A stretch of 64,000 nt of DNA from assembly GCA_022605425.2 (NCBI GenBank), contig JAKIMF020000007.1, forward strand, positions 1,240,001-1,304,000, read 5' to 3'. How positions within the stretch are numbered: the stretch's first letter is position 1; each line of letters begins with the position of its first letter. Under the pieces are notes generated by a model that ran no database searches, was not told the DNA's origin, and was given only the letters and a program-made list of their open reading frames with translations. Origin of the DNA: Hamiltosporidium tvaerminnensis FI-OER-3-3 (taxonomy: Eukaryota > Fungi > Microsporidia). A program made the translations under genes and the position numbers. Shown piece by piece: positions 26,455 to 34,612 of this stretch.

Positions 26455-27582
26455 TTAAAAATCAAATTCTTTATCTATTTCTTCTTCCCAATCATTGCAA
26501 GAACACTTTCTATTACTTACAGTATCACTCTTATATTTATCATAATCAACCATTCTATAACAAAAAATACTTTCAAATATCCATTTATAATCTAATCCAT
26601 TGTTTCCAACAACAATATTTGCACTTCTTAAATCTACACATTTTCCTCCATAAAATTCTACCAATATTTCTATAAAATTTTTGAATTCCAAATTATTAAA
26701 ACAAAGATGAATATTTGTGCCACCAAAAACTTTATTTCTATACTTTTTTACTATCTTTCTGACATCTTTTTTACAGTTAAAAAAGAATTTTTTGTGTATT
26801 TTTTTCAGAATATTTAAAATTAAAAACAAATCCTTGTCTTTTTCTTGAAATGAAACAAATGAATTCTGCTCAATTTTATTCTTTTCTTCTAAAATTTTAT
26901 TTGTCGACAAATTTATCTCTGTATTGCTTTCTACTGAAGTATCAGGAATCGTAGAAACAGAAATCGGTTCATTAATATCTCCATACTCAAAATATTTGTA
27001 TGGTCGTATTAAAAACAAATTATTGCAATAATTCCATACATCTGCTCTGTCATCAATAATAACTGTATGTAATTTATTGGAAGTAAATATTTTTTGAATA
27101 TCTTTATACGTAGAATACGACTCAGATCTTGTCATAACTCGATTTGAAAATAGAAATGAAGAAGGATCAATTAATTCCAATATTTTGTTTGCATATTCCC
27201 GGGTTCCAAGTGTATAAATATGTAAAATATATATTTTTGAAAGAGAAGAAAGAAATAAATCTAAATTCGGACGAAGTTTTATGGTAATCGGTGAACTATT
27301 AACAAATATGTGATGAATTTCAGGTAAAATACTTCCAAACATTACATGTCCAGGACATGCATGTAATATTGTCTGATCAATATCAATAACCAAAGCAAGT
27401 TTTTTACTTTTTAACATTTCTGTTGTGTGTTTCTCTGTAATTTTTTTAATTCCTTTTTTTGTTGCTTTTAAAAAAGAATTTGTGTAAAGCGTTGAGTACA
27501 GTTCAGTATTCGGAACCTCCTTACCACAATTAACACATAAATTACCAAGACGTATAGAATGAGAGCATTCAGATGGTAACAT
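26455..27582 (-). CDS. FCP1: RNA polymerase II CTD phosphatase Fcp1
   Basis: N-terminal CxH...CxxCG knuckle, LALVIDIDQTILHA (DxDxT), KLRPNL..FL, YTLGTREYA, IIDDRADVW, short BRCT-like C-terminus (KWIFES). Confidence 0.93.
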   Translation of the reverse strand: MLPSECSHSIRLGNLCVNCGKEVPNTELYSTLYTNSFLKATKKGIKKITEKHTTEMLKSKKLALVIDIDQTILHACPGHVMFGSILPEIHHIFVNSSPITIKLRPNLDLFLSSLSKIYILHIYTLGTREYANKILELIDPSSFLFSNRVMTRSESYSTYKDIQKIFTSNKLHTVIIDDRADVWNYCNNLFLIRPYKYFEYGDINEPISVSTIPDTSVESNTEINLSTNKILEEKNKIEQNSFVSFQEKDKDLFLILNILKKIHKKFFFNCKKDVRKIVKKYRNKVFGGTNIHLCFNNLEFKNFIEILVEFYGGKCVDLRSANIVVGNNGLDYKWIFESIFCYRMVDYDKYKSDTVSNRKCSCNDWEEEIDKEFDF

Positions 27583-28143
27583 TTACGAAATGAAGTGATT
27601 TAATGGGTGTAAATATATAAAATATTTTATAAGAAATTGTATATTTTTTAAAAAAATAATTCTAAACAAAATTTTGATAAAATAATCAGTTTATTTCAGA
27701 ATACAAATTTGTTTTAAAAAATTTCGCTAAAATAATTTTATTTTCTCTTTTTTTCAGCGTTCCAAACTACAAATCATTAATTTGATTTAAAAAATCTTCA
27801 AACTAAAAAAGATGAAGAAATAAATTCATCATTTAATCTGTTTTAATAAAACCGAAGATGAATGAAAAAAGAAATATATTCTACACCAAATTAATAACCA
27901 TTTTAATATACGGAATTAAGAAATAAGAAGATAAACTATTTATATACTAATTTAATAACAAAAATTAGAATAAAATTTTCAATTTCACTCATTTCATTCC
28001 CCATTAAATTTTTTTAGCAATATACTCGACACGGATAGAAGATAAATATATAATCATTCCACTTAGGAACCGTAATTATGTTACAGGTTCTTGACATGAA
28101 ATTTAAAATTCTATAATTTCTCTTTAAAAAAGAAGAAATCAAA

Positions 28144-28179
28144 TGTCTTTTTGAGTACTATAGACTGAATATATGCCTC
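28144..28179 (-). mobile_element. Small fragment of the RLE retrotransposon C-terminus
   Basis: Minus strand reads EAYIQSIVLKKT, cf. EAYVQSILLKKI in 30862-31218. Confidence 0.65.
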
Positions 28180-28343
28180 TAAATAAGAGTATCTTGAATA
28201 AAATAAACTCAAAAATAATTCAAAAGAATCATTTATCACTGAATTTCTTAAGAACATTTTATTGGTAAAAAAATAATTTATAATCTGTAGACCTACACAG
28301 ACTAAAAATATACTTTTTACTTCACAAAGAAAATCTTATTAAA

Positions 28344-28683
28344 TTTCTAATCTAAAATAAATATATCAGGTCTATTATTAAAATTTTTCTATAAATATTA
28401 AGTTTTAAAAATGAATTTAATCATTTCTTATCTAAAATAAATATATCAGGTCTATTATAAAGAATATTTATCAATATATTCTAGTTTTCAAATTCCATCC
28501 TTCTCTATTCTTATGCATAAATAAACATTTCAAAATTCCAAGGGTAAAACAAATATTTTAAATTAAAACTTTATTTAAAAATATGTCAAAAGAACAAATT
28601 TATATTGACATCAATAAATATAAGAAAGCCATAATATCAGATAAATATGTCAATAGAACAAATTTATATTGACATCAATAAAT
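28344..28683. repeat. Two pairs of local direct repeats (~35 bp and ~40 bp)
   Basis: tctaaaataaatatatcaggtctattat at ~28351 and ~28431; aatatgtcaa(a/t)agaacaaatttatattgacatcaataaat at ~28580 and ~28644. Confidence 0.85.
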
Positions 28684-28700
28684 CAGATATAATTAAAATA

Positions 28701-30122
28701 TTAATTTTTTAACCTTTCATGAACTGCTTTTAAAAATTCTACTACGACTTCTTCAGTGTAAGTTTTATAAAAATTATTACCCAAAAAACCAACGTGTCCT
28801 CCCTTAGAAAACAAAACAAGAAAGATATTTTCATTTTCCTCGCATTTTTTCTTTGGAATAGAAAATTCGGGTATCAACGGATCATCGACACTATTTAAAA
28901 TCATAAAAGGTATTTTAATTTTAGGTATAAATTTTTTACCAGAGAAATCCTCATAATAACTTTCTAAATCTTTAAATTTAAAAACTTTGCTTGTAAAATA
29001 CAAATCAATATCTTGAATGGTTTGACACTTCAATAAATCTTTCATTTTAAATTTTTCCTTTTCAAAAACTTTCCAATTTTTAATAAAATATTGCTTGAAT
29101 TTGTTTGTAAGCATTCGATTGTATAATTTTCTTTGTACAGGTTTTAACATATATTCTTTAATTTTTATAAAATCTAGAGGAACACTCACTGCTACTCCAC
29201 ATTTGAAACGAGGATTGGTTATTTCACTGCTTATTTTTACTGTCCATGCACCACCCAAACTAAATCCTATTATTGATATATATCCGGTATAATTGTCTAT
29301 AATGTAATTTACTAATACATGTAAGTCTTCTGTCCATCCAATATGAAAGAAAGTCGTCGATTCTAATAAATTTGTCACTCCACGTGCATTAAACCCAAAA
29401 ACTCTGAAATTTTCGTTACTCAGATGTAAAGCTAAATTTCTTATATAACTCGTATATGAAGACCCATTAAATCCATGGACTAATATAACGTTATTTGGTA
29501 TTGAAGAATCATAGTAATTAAAGGGTTTTATATTTAAAAGGGAATTTTCATTGTCACTAAATGGGTGTTGTTTATATGGTGTGTTACTAACAGGGTGTTG
29601 TTCATCAGTACTGCTACTAACAGGGTGTTGTGTATTAGTACTGTTAATAAGAGGGTGTAAGTTAGTTGTACCCTTATTAAAACTCTGTTGTTCATTGGTA
29701 CTGTTATTAACACCCTCTTCCTTCGTACCCTTATTAACACATATGTCCTCACCTTTATAATTAACACCCCACTCCTTACTAGTATAATAAGGGTTGTTAT
29801 TAGTTGGTTCAAAGACATCTACCGTTAAAATACAACCATCCTTAGCTTTGATTTTAAGACACTGATCAGGATTTCTTCCTTTACTTCTGATTCCACCAAA
29901 AAATGACTGAACATGAGGTGTAAACCCTAAAATAAAAGGATAAAACCTTCTGCTTAAGGAAGGTGTATTTTCATAAATAAAAAAATTTCTGGCTGTCTTA
30001 ACATAAAAAACCGAAGGTTTTTTACAGACGTAAAGATAAAATAATACAAACAAGACAGTCAAACGCACACCGATAAGTCCTAACAATAAAGGCATTGTAA
30101 TATATAATGTGTTGAATTTCAT
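28701..30122 (-). CDS. Alpha/beta hydrolase, ABHD1-3/YheT/Eht1-Eeb1 family, with in-frame minisatellite insertion
   Basis: N-terminal hydrophobic anchor, HVQS, DG..L.VD, VILVHGFNGSS..SYIR, FNARG, GWTEDL, GFSLGG nucleophile elbow, LNSVDDPLIP, GGHVGF. Confidence 0.92.
   Translation of the reverse strand: MKFNTLYITMPLLLGLIGVRLTVLFVLFYLYVCKKPSVFYVKTARNFFIYENTPSLSRRFYPFILGFTPHVQSFFGGIRSKGRNPDQCLKIKAKDGCILTVDVFEPTNNNPYYTSKEWGVNYKGEDICVNKGTKEEGVNNSTNEQQSFNKGTTNLHPLINSTNTQHPVSSSTDEQHPVSNTPYKQHPFSDNENSLLNIKPFNYYDSSIPNNVILVHGFNGSSYTSYIRNLALHLSNENFRVFGFNARGVTNLLESTTFFHIGWTEDLHVLVNYIIDNYTGYISIIGFSLGGAWTVKISSEITNPRFKCGVAVSVPLDFIKIKEYMLKPVQRKLYNRMLTNKFKQYFIKNWKVFEKEKFKMKDLLKCQTIQDIDLYFTSKVFKFKDLESYYEDFSGKKFIPKIKIPFMILNSVDDPLIPEFSIPKKKCEENENIFLVLFSKGGHVGFLGNNFYKTYTEEVVVEFLKAVHERLKN
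29551..29781. repeat. Coding 30/27-bp minisatellite (~8 units) with palindromic AACA-NNN-TGTT core
   Basis: Units at 29551, 29581, 29611, 29641, 29671, 29701, 29728, 29755; encodes ...WGVN...CVN...EGVNNSTNEQQSFN...LHPLINSTNTQHPVSSSTDEQHPVSNTPYKQHPFS. Confidence 0.9.
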
Positions 30123-30382
30123 TGGGGTATTGTTTTACATTTTTTAATATTGAAAAGAAATTTATAATTTACTTATTATGCATAAACAAAATACTGCTAT
30201 ATTAGTACTTGATTTATGCAATTTCGAAATATCATTTTTATAAATTTATTGATGATTTGTAAGTGGACATGTTCTTTATAATCTAATAAATATGCAATAA
30301 AAATAAATCTGTTTGTCTAAAACCGTATCTAGTTATCTAAGTATCTAATTAAATATTTTTATATTGTCTATCTATGTATATA

Positions 30383-30505
30383 TCAATATATCAACAATCT
30401 ATCGATCAAATAAATATATCAATAATTTATCAATATAATATATATCAATCTAATATATATCAATAAACTATCAATATAACATAGATGTCAATAACCTATC
30501 AATCA
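30383..30505. repeat. Degenerate ATCAAT(A) tandem repeat
   Basis: Repeated tatcaat units upstream of the hydrolase gene. Confidence 0.7.
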
Positions 30506-30624
30506 AATTTTTAGCTTTTTATTATAAATATTAACCAATTTCTTACTTATGACTTCATTTCTGTCAAAAATGTAAAACTCAAAAAAATCAATTAAATTTT
30601 TTTCGAATGCAAAATAGAAATTCT

Positions 30625-30860
30625 TTAAATTAAAATGTCAAAACAAGAAATAAAAACAAAATCTTTGATTAAATAAACTGTAGAATGAAAATAAATTAGT
30701 ATTAAAAAAAAAAACTGAATTAAAAAACAAAACTGAATTAAAAAACAAAATTAAACAGCAGAATTAAAAAACAAAATCTTTAATCAAATAGACAGTAAAA
30801 TTAAAATAAATCCATATTAAAAATTAGATTAAAAAACAAAATTATTTAATAAAATTCTGG
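30625..30860 (-). repeat. AT-rich repetitive block, probably the 3' UTR of the RLE element; related block at 31580-31860
   Basis: Directly follows the element stop codon; shares taaaatgtc.aaacaagaaataaaaacaaaat, taaataaactgtagaat and aaaatctttaatcaaatagaca with 31580-31860. Confidence 0.75.
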
Positions 30861-30861
30861 G

Positions 30862-31579
30862 CTAAAATATTTTTACCATTTTTGATATGTTTTCTTCTAC
30901 TTCTTTTGTCTCTTCTTCCAAATCCGACTCTTTATTTTTGTTCTTGGTCGGTTCCTCTAAAGTGGTTCCTCCTTGTGAAATAAAGGGTGCTTTATTTTTC
31001 GGTTTAAATTTTTTTGCACCATCTTCCTCTCTCTTCTCTTCTTTTAAAGGGGGTGTTGGTTCCTCGTGCATCTCTGCTCTCATAATAACACCCATTGACG
31101 CTCTCTCCCAGCTCTCTTCAGCATTTAGTCCTGACTCAAGTCCTATTCTTCGATAAAAAGAAATTGTTTCGACTATCTTCTTAAGTAATATCGACTGAAC
31201 GTATGCCTCTACATTCATGGGTATTTCTAGTCTTTTAAGATGAGATTTATGTATTTTGTCACAATACCGTCCCAGGTCATCACATATGGGATTATCTCAT
31301 CACTACACTTATAAATAAGGCCCAACTCATTGGCTAGCTAGTCATACTTCCTAAGTTTTTCAGTTTCAACTATTTGAAGTGAATCTTAGGAAGTGATTCC
31401 CACTTCAATGAGTGAAATATTATTCTTCTTCATATCTAAAAAATATGTCGGGTCTGTTATTCCGAATTTTAACATCAGTTTTTATTCTGGTGTCCACTCT
31501 TATCTCCGCATACTCATTATCAAGAATTTCTTGAACTGAGTGACTCCTAATTCGTTTTGAGGACTTAAACTTTACCTAT
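30862..31579 (-). mobile_element. Young 5'-truncated RLE non-LTR retrotransposon copy (endonuclease domain plus C-terminus)
   Basis: Minus strand: FKSSKRIRSHSVQEILDNEYAEIRVDTRIKTDVKIRNNRPDIF..ISLIEVGITS*DSLQIVETEKLRKYD*LANELG..IIPYVMTWDGIVTKY, continuing into the 118-aa ORF. RPD...IEV...K..KY is the PD-(D/E)xK RLE signature. Confidence 0.9.
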
Positions 31580-31860
31580 AATTATAAAACAAAATCTTTA
31601 ATTAAATAAACTGTAGTATTAAAAAAAATTAGTATTAAATTAAAATGTCGAAACAAGAAATAAAAAACAAAATATTAAATTAAATAAACTGTAGAATTAA
31701 AATAAATTCGTATCAAAAATTAGATTAAAAAAAACAGAGTTAAAAAAACAAAATCTTTAATCAAATAGACATTATAATTAAAATAAATCCGTATTAAAAA
31801 AAACAAGAAATTAAAAAAAACAGAATTATAAAACAATATTATTTAATTAAATTAAAATTA
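31580..31860 (-). repeat. Second copy of the AT-rich 3'-UTR-like block, abutting the 5' truncation point
   Basis: Multiple 15-30-bp matches to 30625-30860 in the same orientation. Confidence 0.75.
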
Positions 31861-31950
31861 TTAAAAATTAATAATCAGTTATAAAAACCACCAATACCCT
31901 AAAATACAATACTATGTTATAACAATCATTTTAAATCACCATTTTATTAA

Positions 31951-32622
31951 TCACCTACACTCCTTATCTTCTAAACTCTTAGACACAACGTAATACATAT
32001 CATCCTTAATTAAAAAACCATTCCATCCGTTCTTTTTAGAACAAATTACATTAGTTTCTAAATCATCATAAAAATATATTTCATGCGGTTTTTTTTTCAA
32101 AGTTTTTTCCAATACTTTATAACTAAAATGTTCTGGTTTACACACAAAATCTTTAATACCATAGTCACAGTAAAAAATACACTCAAAACACTCTTCAACA
32201 CCCAAACACCTCAACACACGCTGTGCGTGTACCTTAGACGCATTCGTAAAACATATTTTATGTAAATTTATATTATTAAGAAAATCTTTCAATTTTCTAT
32301 CTTCTTCTAAATATTTACCAAGTTCTACACTTTCATCCACCAACTCATTAAATCTGAGAGGATCTACATCATGATGCAATATAAATCCTTTCAATGCTAA
32401 TCCATACTTCTTGGTATATTCCCCTGCTATCTCTTTAATCTCCTCTTCTTTTATATTCAGTGTCCGTGCAAATTCATAAATTTTATTTTTTATTAATTTT
32501 TCTACTCCACATTTAGAAGAATATAAAGTATTATCAATATCGAATACTAAGATATCCCCTGGTAGATATAATTCAGTAGAATTCTCTTTAGTAAGAGGAA
32601 GATATAAAGGACTTCTTGACAT
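31951..32622 (-). CDS. HAD-superfamily pyrimidine 5'-nucleotidase (SDT1/PHM8-like)
   Basis: LVFDIDNTLY (motif I), Y.KKYGLALKG, FTNA (II), VCKP (III), YFYDD (IV), NGW; CCC motif upstream; AATAAA 2 nt after the stop. Confidence 0.92.
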   Translation of the reverse strand: MSRSPLYLPLTKENSTELYLPGDILVFDIDNTLYSSKCGVEKLIKNKIYEFARTLNIKEEEIKEIAGEYTKKYGLALKGFILHHDVDPLRFNELVDESVELGKYLEEDRKLKDFLNNINLHKICFTNASKVHAQRVLRCLGVEECFECIFYCDYGIKDFVCKPEHFSYKVLEKTLKKKPHEIYFYDDLETNVICSKKNGWNGFLIKDDMYYVVSKSLEDKECR

Positions 32623-33071
32623 AAATTAGGGGTGGAATGTTATTTATAATTAATATTTAGAATTTGTAGAATTATTTTTAGAATTATTTTAAGATTTTAA
32701 TAGGATTTTTACAACTAATATTTAGAATTTTAGAATTAATTTTATTCAAATAAGATTTATTCTTTTATTCAAATAGGAATTTATTCTTGTATTTTAATAG
32801 AATATATGTAAGTATTATTTTAATAAGATTTATTTTTTTAGTGTTTTTTTAATATTTTAAAAAGATTTATTTTAGTCTTTTTTTATAAAATCTTTGAATT
32901 TATTTTCATAAGATTTGTTCTTTTATTCTTTTTATAAAATTAATATTTTAAATATTTTTATTATTTTTAAAATTTTAAATGCATAAATAATTTAAAAGAA
33001 GAAGAAGAAGAAACAATTATTTTACTAATTCTCACAAACATTACTACTGAAATAAATATATCACGACTTTA

Positions 33072-33401
33072 CTACTTATCCAAATGCTTGGTGACAAGAC
33101 TTTCAAATACATTAACATCTTTATATCCAAGCAGCAAATCTATCTGCTTACCTTCAGCTGTAACAACCAAAAGTGCAGGAATATTTCTTATTTTGTACTC
33201 AACAGCAAGTTCAGACACTTTATCAATATCTATTTCATACAGATTTACAGGAATTGGTAAACTGTATCTTTCTAATTCTTTACTCATTGTATTACACGGA
33301 CCACACCAGGTAGCATACATCTTGACAAACCCTATTGTGTTGTTTTTCTTGAGAATATCGAAATATTGCTCTTTGGATTCTATTTGGATGTGTCTTAACA
33401 T
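33072..33401 (-). CDS. Thioredoxin
   Basis: YATWCGPC active site, EIDID, YKIRNIP cis-Pro loop, 109 aa, CCCC upstream. Confidence 0.93.
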   Translation of the reverse strand: MLRHIQIESKEQYFDILKKNNTIGFVKMYATWCGPCNTMSKELERYSLPIPVNLYEIDIDKVSELAVEYKIRNIPALLVVTAEGKQIDLLLGYKDVNVFESLVTKHLDK

Positions 33402-33507
33402 TTTAAGGGGTGGAGAATAATAATATAATATTTTTTTTAGGAATTGTATTAATATTTAGAATTGGTTAAGAAATGATTATTTTTTTTATCTATTTATTGG
33501 TGATTAT

Positions 33508-33709
33508 CAACGAACTCCGGGCAACTGCCTCGCCTATTATTTAGGTTCTACACATCTGGTAGATGAAAGGCTTTGGGACTTAGGTATCGCATGGGTTACC
33601 GATGGAGTGTTGGGGTAGCAGTCATGTATGCTAAACCTAGAACTGCGTTAATGTCATGAAAACAAATATAAAACTTGCCACTTTTTAAAAAAGATGTGAT
33701 ATTTATAAA
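33508..33709 (+). mobile_element. 5'-truncated (202 bp) young copy of the structured-RNA retroposon with 13-bp TSD
   Basis: Matches ~34263-34465; flanked by perfect tattggtgattat at 33495-33507 and 33710-33722. Confidence 0.92.
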
Positions 33710-33740
33710 TATTGGTGATTATAGTTTTTAATTAATAATT

Positions 33741-34469
33741 GGTGGAGGGAGGATAACCACATAAAAAACTTTCTGCTTGGCAATGAGTGTGTGAAACTGT
33801 TGTGAGATCATTGTTTGGATTTTTGGTGGGAATTAACCACACTACATCTTCGGTTGTTCCATGGGAGTTGTTATGAAGAGGAGAGGTCTAAGAAATGGAG
33901 AAACTTTTTCTACAAATTTATTTGTAGTTTTTTATGTAACCTGATTGCAGACCGCAGCTGAACATGTAGGTAATTGCCATGTAAAAGCATGGAAACCTAA
34001 CCTTGCTCACTCGGGTTAGAAGACTTAGCGCCTGGGAGATATAAAAATAAAACCCATTAAAAGCCGGGAGAGCTAAGTAGCAGGTTATACCTGTTGGTAT
34101 GACATTGCACTGTCTAGGTGGACCCCATGTAAGTCTCTGAAATATATGTTGGCTAGAAGTTTATTGGGTTCAGAAAGTGTAGAGTAAGTGGGAATGCTGC
34201 ATAGTCTTGGGGGAGCCCAGGGGGGGCTTCGGCCTTCGATCACACTCCATGCAACGGACATTAACGAACTCCGGGCAACTGCCTCGCCTATTAAATTAGG
34301 TTCTACACACCTGGTAGATGAAAGGCTTTGGGACGTAGGTATCGCAGGGGTTACCGATGGAGTGTTGGGGTAGCAGTTATTTATGTTAAACCTAGAACTG
34401 CGTTAATGTCATAAAAACAAATATAACACTTGCCACTATTGTAAAAAGATGTGATATTTTTAAATAAAG
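33741..34469 (+). mobile_element. Apparently full-length (~730 bp) young copy of a non-coding structured-RNA retroposon (SINE-like) with 13-bp TSD
   Basis: Flanked by perfect ttaattaataatt at 33728-33740 and 34470-34482; GC-enriched versus flanks; no credible ORF; many hairpins; four other copies in the window. Confidence 0.9.
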
Positions 34470-34487
34470 TTAATTAATAATTATATT

Positions 34488-34612
34488 TGTAGATTTATTT
34501 TAGATATATTTTGTGTTTATTATTAATTATATTTGTAGAATTTATTTTAGATATATTTTAGATATATTTTAGATATATTTTTAGATAATTTTTGGATTTA
34601 TTTTGGATATTT
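34488..34612. repeat. Degenerate 11-bp tandem repeat (ttttagatata)
   Basis: Consecutive tagatatattt units at ~34540-34590 plus a duplicated taattatatttgtaga block. Confidence 0.75.

Noticed and set aside
27998-28200. Orphan CCCC followed by hairpins, suggesting a small ncRNA
   Set aside because: Part of it translates on the minus strand as the retrotransposon C-terminus (EAYIQSIVLKKT); no snRNA/snoRNA boxes recognised.
29551-29781. CRISPR-like repeat-spacer array
   Set aside because: Tandem degenerate units without unique spacers, inside a eukaryotic CDS, no cas genes.
33088-33420. Antisense/overlapping ORFs (33088-33420, 30887-31156, 13095-13346, 39116-39526, 29095-29292, 26448-26675 and similar)
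   Set aside because: Shadow frames of real genes or TEs, without start context or motifs.
33994-34003. AACCTAACCT just 3' of a hairpin looks like a telomerase RNA template for TTAGG repeats with a boundary element, upstream of a pseudoknot
   Set aside because: The segment is paired in predicted stems (TAGGT/ACCTA and TAACCT/GGGTTA) and changes with compensation in other copies (aaacatggctct, aaaccaacct, aaactagcct); a template must be single-stranded and invariant. Still worth checking against the consensus.
34188-34373. 61-aa ORF (and 3560-3802, 16183-16371) inside the structured repeat
   Set aside because: Frames are not conserved between copies, no CCC-ATG context, and they lie on different strands relative to the element.
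34257-34410. HDV-like ribozyme, group I intron or RNase P/MRP identity for the crossing helices
   Set aside because: Spacing and conserved motifs do not fit: ~90 nt where HDV has a short P3/L3, no P4 CR-I/CR-V motifs, no P7 guanosine-binding consensus, and no hammerhead CUGANGA/GAAA core seen.
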